The notes beneath the pieces are model-generated. The model did not search any database and was not told the DNA's origin. It worked only from the letters and a program-made list of their open reading frames with translations. A stretch of 49,897 nucleotides of DNA from an uncultured Phycisphaeraceae bacterium (GTDB taxonomy: Bacteria > Planctomycetota > Phycisphaerae > Phycisphaerales > UBA1924). Shown in pieces: positions 1-7,779 of this stretch. Both the position numbers and the translations under genes were made by a program. The stretch spans positions 15,913 to 65,809 of the forward strand of contig CAZIMT010000001.1 in NCBI GenBank assembly GCA_964540295.1. Direction: 5' to 3'. How positions within the stretch are numbered: position 1 is the first letter of the stretch; the number at the start of each line of letters is the position of its first letter.

Positions 1-27
1 GGGCGAAGTTCTGAATCGTTTTGTGTG

Positions 28-906
28 ATGTCGGTCCAATCTCTAGCGATGTCTGTGCCGGTTCAATCAACACATGCCGCCGCTCCCGCAGCGCTGCCGT
101 CGATCCGGTTGCTCGGCGTGCCGTTGCACTCGACGACACTGGCGGGCGCGGTGGACCACATCGCGCGATCCGCGCAGGCCAGCGTCGGCGGCTGGGTGAT
201 CACGCCCAACCTCGACATCCTGCGGCGGCTGGTGCGCGAGCCGGAGTTCGTGGCGCTGTCGTCGGGCGCGACGCTGCGGCTGGCCGACGGGCAGATCTTG
301 GTGTGGGCCAGTCGCTTGCGAGGATCACCGCTGCCCGAGCGGGTGGCAGGCTCGGACCTGATCTGGGCCTTGACCGCCCGGGCCGCGCATGACGGGCTTG
401 GTGTGTTCTTTCTTGGCGGGAACCCGGGGTCGGCGCAGTCTGCGGCTCAGGTGCTGACGTCCAAGAACCCCGGGCTCCGCGTCGCGGGAATCGAATGCCC
501 GCCGTTCGGGTTCGAGAACGATGCCGAGTACGGAGCACGGCTGCGCGAGATGATCCGTGCGGCCAACCCGGCGATCGTGTACGTGGCGCTCGGCTCGCCC
601 AAGCAGGAGAAACTGATCGCTCAGTTGCGTGAAATAGTCCCCGGTGCGTGGCTGCTGGGCATCGGGGTGACGTTCAGCTTTGTGAGTGGCGAGCTGCGGC
701 GGGCACCTGTTTGGGTCCGCAAGCTCGGGATGGAATGGTCGCACCGGCTGATCCAAGAGCCGCGTCGGCTGGCGAAAAGGTACCTGGTGCAGGGGCTGCC
801 CTTCGCTGGGCGCCTGCTCGGGGGTTCCGTGCTTGATCGCCTTACGGGGAAGCAACACAGCGACAGGCTGTCATCCTCGTCGGCGGCGTCTGGCGCGGCC
901 TCGTGA
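28..906 (+). CDS. WecB/TagA/CpsF-family (GT26) glycosyltransferase
   Basis: ORF 25..906 has GTG at 25 and its first ATG at 28. The translation carries the family pattern: ITPNLDIL, LADGQILVWA, VFFLGGNPG, VALGSPKQEKL and GELRRAPVWVRKLGMEWSHRLIQEPRRLAKRY. Confidence 0.85.
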   Translation: MSVQSLAMSVPVQSTHAAAPAALPSIRLLGVPLHSTTLAGAVDHIARSAQASVGGWVITPNLDILRRLVREPEFVALSSGATLRLADGQILVWASRLRGSPLPERVAGSDLIWALTARAAHDGLGVFFLGGNPGSAQSAAQVLTSKNPGLRVAGIECPPFGFENDAEYGARLREMIRAANPAIVYVALGSPKQEKLIAQLREIVPGAWLLGIGVTFSFVSGELRRAPVWVRKLGMEWSHRLIQEPRRLAKRYLVQGLPFAGRLLGGSVLDRLTGKQHSDRLSSSSAASGAAS

Positions 907-1222
907 CCGTCTCTCGGCGAGCCGCAGACGGGTGGAAAACTCGGGCGGCTTTGGGAAAGCTCGAACCTGAACCGGCTGGGGTACGTACGGTGTGAACACC
1001 GCGGCGTTGAGTGGTTCCCTCCATCGCGTGGATCTGTTCGGGGCAAAGAACGACCAATTCGAGACTGCGTACCGGCCGATGGAAGAAGAACGCTCGCGCG
1101 GCCGATGTTTTCGATTGATCGAATGATCCAGTGTTTTTTAGGGGCGATCGGTTCCAACGAGCGCGCCGAATCGCGGTTATCGCTCTGTCATCGGTGCGGG
1201 CGGCGGCGGCCCGATCGAGAGC

Positions 1223-2305
1223 GTGAGTCCTCGCTTCCATCTGGCGCACGCCTTGGAACGGCTTGGAATCTCGCCGACGCGGGGCGCGCGAGGTCGGAGG
1301 TCGCGTGAAGAGGAGAGTTTGCAGAACGTGAGAAGTCCAGGTTCCATCTCAGAAAGCGATGCACGGACGGACGGGGCGCTCGCTCCGCGATCGCTCGAGT
1401 CGATTCGTGGGCGCTTCCGCGGCCTGATCCTGCTGGCTGGTTCGCCGCGTGAGGGCCGGCTGGCGCGCGCCGTCGGTCGATCGGTCCTTGACCTGCCCGT
1501 TCGCTCGGGGAGTTCGATTCTGGCGGTGTGGGCCAAGCAGGCGGCCCAAGTCGCGGAGGCGTTGGGAGTACCCGAGTGCCGCGTGCGTGTGATCCTGAAC
1601 AAGGCCGCTCGCAAGCCCGAGGTGCTGGGCTTTGCGGAAAAGTTTCCTTCTGTCAAGCTGTCGGTAGAGTTTGATCGGGAAGAGTTCCGAGGGACTGGCG
1701 GGCTGCTGCGTGATTTGGCGGAAGACTACCTCCCGGGTGACTTGGTGCTGGTGTGCAACGGAAACCAAGTGGTCCTGGACCCGCTTGCGACGTTACTTGA
1801 ATCGCTCGTTCAGGTACCGTCGGACGTGGGCATACTCGCGTCCGAAGACGGGGCACCGCTCGGTCTGAAACTCTTTGACGCGGCTATTTTTCGTGAGATC
1901 AAAGCCAAGGGGTTTGTGGATCTGAACGAGCAGGCGCTCCCGGCGCTGGTGCGGACCCACGACGTGCGTGTGGTGACGTCAAATCGAACCGCCATCTACC
2001 CCGTTCGAGAATTGGACGATTACATCCACGCGCTGCACGCCGCGAACACTCCTGAATCAGAGACTCGTTCCGACCCGCTCGCCGAAGATTGGTTCGAGAG
2101 CTTCCGTCTGGTGGAAGAGGGCGCGACGATCGGGGCCGGGGCTCGCGTTCACGACTCGATCGTGCTTAAGGGTGGACGGGTTGGGGCGGGGGCGTTGCTG
2201 GTTCGTTCGGTGGTCTGTCCGGGCGCGGAGGTCGCGGCTGGGGAGGTTGTTTCTGACCAGGTTGTGTCGAGCGGCGCCTCGCGCGCGCGGGAGGCGTCGC
2301 GGTGA
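1223..2305 (+). CDS. Sugar-nucleotidyltransferase-like protein with a C-terminal left-handed beta-helix and a degenerate N-terminal signature
   Basis: LILLAGSPREGRLARAVGRSVLDLPV resembles the nucleotidyltransferase LAGGxGtRLxPLT...PKxxLPV loop but has lost the GxGtR core. EFRGTGGLLRDL resembles the E..LGTAGAL motif. The C-terminal hexapeptide-like run is GATIGAGARVHDSIVLKGGRVGAGALLVRSVVCPGAEVAAGEVV. There is no internal Met, so the start is non-ATG. GTG 1223 opens the ORF, and GTG 1328 lies 10 nt after GAGGAGAG as an alternative. The stop overlaps the exosortase start (GTGA at 2302-2305). Confidence 0.55.
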   Translation: MSPRFHLAHALERLGISPTRGARGRRSREEESLQNVRSPGSISESDARTDGALAPRSLESIRGRFRGLILLAGSPREGRLARAVGRSVLDLPVRSGSSILAVWAKQAAQVAEALGVPECRVRVILNKAARKPEVLGFAEKFPSVKLSVEFDREEFRGTGGLLRDLAEDYLPGDLVLVCNGNQVVLDPLATLLESLVQVPSDVGILASEDGAPLGLKLFDAAIFREIKAKGFVDLNEQALPALVRTHDVRVVTSNRTAIYPVRELDDYIHALHAANTPESETRSDPLAEDWFESFRLVEEGATIGAGARVHDSIVLKGGRVGAGALLVRSVVCPGAEVAAGEVVSDQVVSSGASRAREASR

Positions 2306-3180
2306 AACGTCATTTCCTGGCCCGGCAAGGTTGGACGATATGGCACCCGGCGGTCGCTCTCGCGCTGGCGGCGATCGGGGTGTTCCTCACCCGCGCCGCG
2401 TGGGATGACATCCGGAAGATCGCGATGGTCGACGAGGAACAGAGCCACATTTTCCTCGTGCCGTTGGTCGCGGCCTGGATGATCTGGGTGCGTCGGTTCC
2501 GGCTTCGGAACTGCGCCCCGGCCGGGACGATCGTGGGGCCAATTGTCGTGGCGGCCGGCTGGCTTTGCTCGTTCGTGGGGTACACCGACGCGATCCAATC
2601 GGTGTGGCACTTGGGCGCGGTGCTGGTGGCGGTGGGGTGTTTGTTGAGCGTGCTGGGTGTGAACGTGCTCTTCCGATTCATGCCCGCGTTTGCGGTGCTT
2701 GTCTTTCTGGTGCCGATGCCAAACGCAATCCGGCAGATGATCTCGATCCCGCTGCAGACCGCGACCGCCGCGACGACTCAGGTCATCCTGGAAACGCTGG
2801 GAGTCGCGATCGAACGCAACGGGAACGTGCTCTCGATCAACAACATTGAAGTGGCGGTGGCCGAGGCCTGCAACGGGATGCGCATGGTGTTCGCGCTGGT
2901 GCTGGTGTCCTACGCGTTCGCGTTCGGGATGCCGCTGCGGAACTTCATGCGTGTGATCGTGCTCGTCGCCAGCCCGTTCGCGGCGATCCTCTGCAACGTG
3001 CTGCGGCTGATCCCGACGATCCTGCTCTTTGGGTATTCGAGCAGCGAAGTGGCGACCGCATTCCACGATATTAGCGGGTGGCTGATGCTGCCGATCGCCT
3101 TTGGGATCCTGCTGGGCGTCGTGCGGACCCTGAGCTGGGCCCTGATCCCGGTGAACCGTTTTACACTCGCGTACCAGTAA
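2302..3180 (+). CDS. Exosortase (EpsH/Xrt family, about 8-TM transpeptidase)
   Basis: Polytopic membrane protein of 292 aa carrying the three exosortase signature motifs. They are AEAC190NGMR (Cys codon 2869-2871), CNVLR235LIP (Arg codon 3004-3006) and AFH255DISGWL (His codon 3064-3066). An EpsI gene follows directly. Confidence 0.9.
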   Translation: MKRHFLARQGWTIWHPAVALALAAIGVFLTRAAWDDIRKIAMVDEEQSHIFLVPLVAAWMIWVRRFRLRNCAPAGTIVGPIVVAAGWLCSFVGYTDAIQSVWHLGAVLVAVGCLLSVLGVNVLFRFMPAFAVLVFLVPMPNAIRQMISIPLQTATAATTQVILETLGVAIERNGNVLSINNIEVAVAEACNGMRMVFALVLVSYAFAFGMPLRNFMRVIVLVASPFAAILCNVLRLIPTILLFGYSSSEVATAFHDISGWLMLPIAFGILLGVVRTLSWALIPVNRFTLAYQ

Positions 3181-3218
3181 CCCCCTTGTGTGATCGATCA
3201 AACCTGCTCGGGAGTTTC

Positions 3219-3893
3219 ATGAAGTTCTTCGCACCAATCCTCTGCCTGGCGTTGCTCGGCGGCGTCTACTTCGAGACTCGCGGTCACCCGCGCCCCGAGA
3301 ACGCGGCCCCGTTCCACGCGGCGGTCGCCCGGAGCGTGGCGGAGATCCCGATGAACATCGGGCAGTGGGCGGGCACGGACCAGACGATGCCCCCTGCGGC
3401 CCAGGCGCTGCTCCGCCCCAACGCGGCGCTGTGCCGAACCTACCGCAGCACGATCTCCGGCCGAGAGGTGAGTCTGATCGTGATCCAGTGCAAGGACTCG
3501 CGCGACATGGCGGGGCACTACCCGCCTCGTTGTTACCCCGGCAGCGGCTGGGAAGAGTCCTCGGCCCAGAGGCCGTTATTGATGAAGGTCGCCGACACCG
3601 AGATCCCGGTGGTCCGCTACGAGTACCAGCGGCGCGGTCTGGGTGACGCGCAGAAGCTGGCGATCTACGGCTTCTTCGTTCTGCCCGGGCGTGGGATCGT
3701 GACGAGCATGACCGAAGTGTACAAGGCGGCGGAGTTTTACGCGGCCCGTCCGTTCGGCGCGGCGCAGATCCAGCTGGTGGTTGACGCGACGAGCGATGAC
3801 GACGGTGATGCGGTCGCGTTCAACGAACTCATGGCGCCGCTGTTGTCCACCGTGGCCAAGCTCCGCAGCTCGCCGGAAGAGGTTTCTCAATGA
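3219..3893 (+). CDS. EpsI-family exosortase-associated protein
   Basis: ATG at 3219 inside ORF 3078..3893 avoids overlap with the exosortase gene. It has an N-terminal membrane anchor (MKFFAPILCLALLGGVYF). The motif GHYPPRCYPGSGWE matches the EpsI HsPxxCLPGxGW-type motif. The gene sits immediately downstream of the exosortase, and its stop overlaps the next start (ATGA at 3890-3893). Confidence 0.75.
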   Translation: MKFFAPILCLALLGGVYFETRGHPRPENAAPFHAAVARSVAEIPMNIGQWAGTDQTMPPAAQALLRPNAALCRTYRSTISGREVSLIVIQCKDSRDMAGHYPPRCYPGSGWEESSAQRPLLMKVADTEIPVVRYEYQRRGLGDAQKLAIYGFFVLPGRGIVTSMTEVYKAAEFYAARPFGAAQIQLVVDATSDDDGDAVAFNELMAPLLSTVAKLRSSPEEVSQ

Positions 3894-6235
3894 CCCGAAC
3901 AGTGCAAGTCTCGAAGCTACCCGGATCAGGACAGAGCGGCGGTTCTGGACGTTACAGCTTTCCGGCCCTCCCAGATTCGTTCGGGGGCTTTGACATTCCT
4001 CAGGCTGCTCCGCAGACGCCGCACGCGGACGTTTTCCGAACGATCCACCGCCGCTTGCGCGGCCGATACCTGCTCGCCTCCGTGCTGGGTGTGATCTGCG
4101 CCGCGGCGGGCGGGGCGGCCGGGTACTTCTCGCAGAGGCCGATGTTCAAGTGCGAGACGTCGATCCGTGTCGTGATGATGGAAATGACCGTGCTCGGGCA
4201 GGATCATGAGTATCAGAACCGCATCAACCAGTTCAACACCATCATCTCGACGCAGGCGAGCTTCCTGCAGTCCGCGCGAGTGATCTCCAAAGCCATGGAG
4301 AGCGAAGCGTGGTCGGCGCTGGGCCGGCCAAGAACCAACGAGGTCGAGCAGCAGTTCCGCGACTCCCTCAAGATCATCCCTCAGCGTGATTCCCCCGAGC
4401 TCATCAGCGTGTCGTTCCAGGATCCCAACCCGCGTGCAGCCAAGGCCGGGCTTGAGAGCGTGGTGCTGGCGTACGACGATATTTATGTCAAGGCCGAGAA
4501 CGCCGGGGTTGACCAGTCGGCGATGAGGTTGCTCGAGGAAGAGCAGAAGACCTTCACCGCTGAACTCAAGGGCTATGAAGCCGAGATCGCCGCGGCGACC
4601 AAGGACCTTCCGACAAGCAACGCCGCGATGTTCCAGGAAAGTATCGTTTCCCAGCTCTTCCGTCTTGACGAGATCATCGCCGACCTCACGGTGAGAATCA
4701 CGAACGCGGGTGGGTCCGTTCAGGCCGTCGCAGGGGGCACCGGCGCCGCGGGCGATGGCGGGAAGTCCACAAGCCCGGGATCGTCTAGAGCGGCGACGCC
4801 CAGGTTGATGACGGCTTACGAGATCTATTCCGCAGGCGACGAGGAAATGATGGGTCTGCTCAACAAGCGTCGAGCCCTGGACGAGAAGCTCGACAGCGTC
4901 CGTGCCAACGGGGCCACCGAAGAGCACATGGATGTCAAGCGAATCAAAAAACTGATCGAGACCTCGGATCAGAAGATCAAGGACTACGTGAACACCTGGA
5001 ACGCGGACGGCGGCTTCGGGAAGGACCCCCAGGTAGTCGGCACCACTCGCCCCGAGACGCTCGAGCAGATGAGCACTCGCCTCCAACGCCTCGAGGAACA
5101 ACACAAGAAATGGAACGAAGAAGCGAAGAGCTATAAGCAGCTCGCCCTCTTGGTGGCGGACAAGCGAGATCTGATTCGACACAAGCGGGAGAGACTGGCC
5201 GAAGTTGAAACAGCGCTCTCCGGTTTCCGCATGAAGCTCCGGGCCCGCCAGGAGCAGCCTCTTGTTCAGATCGACCGCGATATCCCAACGCCTCGAGCGC
5301 CAGCCTTTGACCGCCGCAAAAAAATCGGTGCTATCGGCTTCGTGATGGGCGGCATGCTCCCCTTCGGTCTTTTCATGCTCTACGGCGTGCTCGACCGGCG
5401 CTTCCGCTACTCCGACCAGGCGGGTGAACAGAGTTCCGGGCTGCCGTTGCTGGGGATCCTGCCCGAGTTGCCCAGCAACCTGAGCGACCCCGAAGAGGCG
5501 GCCGCGGCGGCGCACTGCGTGCATCAGATGCGCACCATGCTTCAGATCAGCGGAGGAAGCCGGAAGGTGTACGCGATCACCAGCGCCACCTCGGGCGACG
5601 GCAAGACCTGCCTCACGCTCTCGCTGGGGCTCTCGTTCGCGGCCTCTGGGTCCAAGACCCTGCTCGTCGATTTCGACCTTGTCGGTCAGGGGCTGTCCTC
5701 CAAGCTCAAGATCCGCCCCGAGCACGGCATGGCCAGCTCGCTCGAAACCGGTCAGCCCGGCGACAGCATCGTGGCGACCAAGATCGATCGCCTTTTCCTG
5801 CTGCCCGCGGGCCGGCACGACGAAGAGTTCGTCTCACACCTCTCGCGCCCGATGGTCCAGCAGGCGATCGACGCGGTGCGCGACGACTACGACGTCATCA
5901 TCATCGATACCGGGCCCGTGCTCGGAAGCCTCGAAGCCAACTTCGTGACCTCGCAGGCCGAGGGCGTGGTGCTGGTGGTGGGGCGGAACCAGCATCGCTC
6001 GCTGGTGCAGCGAGCCGAGCAGCATCTGATCACCCTGGGTGCGCGAGTCATCGGCCAGGTGTTTAACCGGGCGCTCTCGACAGACTTCAAGTCTTCGATG
6101 AGTTCGGCGTCGATGCGGTCCACGCGGAGCACGCCGGGGAAACCGGTGACCGCGATCCAGATCGCCAAGGCCGACGACAGTTTGTTGGAGCTCGACCCCG
6201 TGTCACGTACGGTCGCGCTGGATATCCGCCGATGA
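3890..6235 (+). CDS. Polysaccharide co-polymerase (Wzz/GumC-like) fused to a BY-kinase-type P-loop ATPase
   Basis: Two TM segments (YLLASVLGVICAAAGGAAGYF and IGAIGFVMGGMLPFGLFMLYGVL) flank a long coiled-coil region. The C-terminal domain has Walker A ITSATSGDGKTC, Walker A' LLVDFDL and Walker B DYDVIIIDTGP. Confidence 0.85.
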   Translation: MTRTVQVSKLPGSGQSGGSGRYSFPALPDSFGGFDIPQAAPQTPHADVFRTIHRRLRGRYLLASVLGVICAAAGGAAGYFSQRPMFKCETSIRVVMMEMTVLGQDHEYQNRINQFNTIISTQASFLQSARVISKAMESEAWSALGRPRTNEVEQQFRDSLKIIPQRDSPELISVSFQDPNPRAAKAGLESVVLAYDDIYVKAENAGVDQSAMRLLEEEQKTFTAELKGYEAEIAAATKDLPTSNAAMFQESIVSQLFRLDEIIADLTVRITNAGGSVQAVAGGTGAAGDGGKSTSPGSSRAATPRLMTAYEIYSAGDEEMMGLLNKRRALDEKLDSVRANGATEEHMDVKRIKKLIETSDQKIKDYVNTWNADGGFGKDPQVVGTTRPETLEQMSTRLQRLEEQHKKWNEEAKSYKQLALLVADKRDLIRHKRERLAEVETALSGFRMKLRARQEQPLVQIDRDIPTPRAPAFDRRKKIGAIGFVMGGMLPFGLFMLYGVLDRRFRYSDQAGEQSSGLPLLGILPELPSNLSDPEEAAAAAHCVHQMRTMLQISGGSRKVYAITSATSGDGKTCLTLSLGLSFAASGSKTLLVDFDLVGQGLSSKLKIRPEHGMASSLETGQPGDSIVATKIDRLFLLPAGRHDEEFVSHLSRPMVQQAIDAVRDDYDVIIIDTGPVLGSLEANFVTSQAEGVVLVVGRNQHRSLVQRAEQHLITLGARVIGQVFNRALSTDFKSSMSSASMRSTRSTPGKPVTAIQIAKADDSLLELDPVSRTVALDIRR

Positions 6236-6314
6236 TTGATCGTGATCCGCACAACAACTTTGCCCTCGTGGCGGAGCGGGTGAACACGAACGCGAACGGA
6301 AACGACGAGCCACT

Positions 6315-7727
6315 ATGACCGCACACCCGAGTCTTCAGAAGTACACCGTGTGGGGGCTGGACCCGATCCAGCTGCACGCGCGGTTCTGGGCCTCACGCGG
6401 CGTGCAGATCGTGCGTCCCGGCGAGCTGACGGAGATCGTCCCCCACGCGGAACTTTTTCTGCTGCTCGACCCGCGCATGCTCACGGTCTTCCGCCTCGCG
6501 GCGATCCTCGACACGCTCAGTTGGCTCGAACCGGAGCTTACGACGGTGCGGGTGCGCGACGCCGCACGCGAAGGGTACCGCGAGCATGTGGTGACCAACG
6601 CGAGCGGGCGGTTCGTGCGTTTCAAGCGTGTGTACCACGGCTCGGACCCTCGTATGGCGCGGGTGGGCCTGACCTCGGATCGCGAACTGGCGCGGCTCTG
6701 GCAGGGGACGCTCGACGCCAAGGCCGGGTGGGCCCAGCTCCGGCGTTACGTGCGGAAGTCCGCCCGGTACACCGCGACGTTGAAGGGCAGAGTCTTCGAC
6801 GCCACACACCCTGAAGAGATCGCGGGCTTCACCCGCGAGTTGCTCCAGCAATGGACACGCCCCGACGCCACGGTGTCGCGTGTCCGTCAGGTCGGCGACC
6901 GAATCTGGGCGGATGATTCGGCCAAGGTGGCCCCGGGCCCGGGCATCCGCGGCCCGCTCTGGATCGGCGCGGGCCGAGACCTGGCCGCCGGGGCCACGGC
7001 GATCGGGCCCTCGGTGATGTGGGACGCGCCCGGCCAGCGGCCCGAAGACAAGGGTATCAAGTGGCTCGAACTCGAACCGTTGTCACAGCCGATCCCGCAG
7101 ATCGCGCGGCGAAAACTCGCGCCCTCGCGCGGGATCAAGCGGGCGTTCGATATCGCCTTCTCGCTCGTCGCGCTCTTCTTCACGCTCCCTCTTTACCCGA
7201 TCCTTGCCGCGGCGATCGTGATCGAGGACGGGTTCCCCGTCTTCTTCCGGCACCGCCGCGAGACCATGGGCGGACAAGAGTTCGGATGCCTCAAGTTTCG
7301 ATCGATGCGCAACGACGCGGAAAAAATGAAGGCCCAGCTCGTGGGCAAGAATCAGGCGGACGGCCCGCAGTTCTTCATGAAAGACGATCCCAGGAACACC
7401 AGGGTCGGCAAGCTGCTACGCGACCTGCAGCTCGACGAGCTGCCTCAGTTCATCAACGTCCTCCGCGGCGACATGTCCGTCGTCGGTCCCAGGCCCAGCC
7501 CGTTCAAAGAGAACCAGTATTGCCCGCCCTGGCGCGAGGCTCGGCTGAGCGTGCGCCCGGGGCTTACCGGGCTCTGGCAGATCAGCCGCACTCGGGCCGA
7601 GGGAACGGACTTTCAGGAGTGGATCAAGTTTGACATCGAATACGTCGAGCGTCAGTCGTTCTTCTTTGACCTGTGGATCATCTGGAGAACCGTCGCGATG
7701 CTGGTGCGGAGGCTCACACGCTCGTGA
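6315..7727 (+). CDS. Priming polyprenyl-phosphate sugar-phosphate transferase (bacterial sugar transferase family) with a soluble N-terminal extension of about 270 aa
   Basis: The C-terminal 200 aa match the family: KRAFDIAFSLVALFFTLPLYPILAAAIVIEDGFPVFFRHRR, GCLKFRSMRNDAE, DDPRNTRVGKLLRDLQLDELPQFINVLRGDMSVVGPRP and RPGLTGLWQI. I saw no hydrophobic segment in the first roughly 270 aa. Confidence 0.85.
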   Translation: MTAHPSLQKYTVWGLDPIQLHARFWASRGVQIVRPGELTEIVPHAELFLLLDPRMLTVFRLAAILDTLSWLEPELTTVRVRDAAREGYREHVVTNASGRFVRFKRVYHGSDPRMARVGLTSDRELARLWQGTLDAKAGWAQLRRYVRKSARYTATLKGRVFDATHPEEIAGFTRELLQQWTRPDATVSRVRQVGDRIWADDSAKVAPGPGIRGPLWIGAGRDLAAGATAIGPSVMWDAPGQRPEDKGIKWLELEPLSQPIPQIARRKLAPSRGIKRAFDIAFSLVALFFTLPLYPILAAAIVIEDGFPVFFRHRRETMGGQEFGCLKFRSMRNDAEKMKAQLVGKNQADGPQFFMKDDPRNTRVGKLLRDLQLDELPQFINVLRGDMSVVGPRPSPFKENQYCPPWREARLSVRPGLTGLWQISRTRAEGTDFQEWIKFDIEYVERQSFFFDLWIIWRTVAMLVRRLTRS

Positions 7728-7751
7728 AATCCTGTTTGTGAGAAGCTCGCG

Positions 7752-7779
7752 ATGAGAATGAACATATGAGAATGAACCC
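7752..7779 (+). repeat. Tandem 14-bp duplication of the TPR-gene start region that creates a 5-codon upstream mini-ORF
   Basis: ATGAGAATGAACAT (7752-7765) is followed directly by ATGAGAATGAACCC (7766-7779), identical at 12 of 14 positions. The first copy reads ATG AGA ATG AAC ATA TGA (MRMNI*). Its stop (7767-7769) overlaps the ATG at 7766 of the 1568-aa ORF, which itself starts MRMN. Confidence 0.8.

Noticed and set aside
2149-3201. 350-aa minus-strand ORF rich in His, Arg, Asp and Pro
   Set aside because: It is antisense to the exosortase gene, whose product has all three catalytic motifs. The minus-strand product is low-complexity and has no homology features.
3926-5818. 630-aa minus-strand ORF
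   Set aside because: It is entirely antisense to the Wzz/BY-kinase gene. It is Arg/Gly/Ala/Leu-rich with no recognisable motif. The + strand product has Walker motifs and a proper TM topology. This is a typical high-GC shadow ORF.
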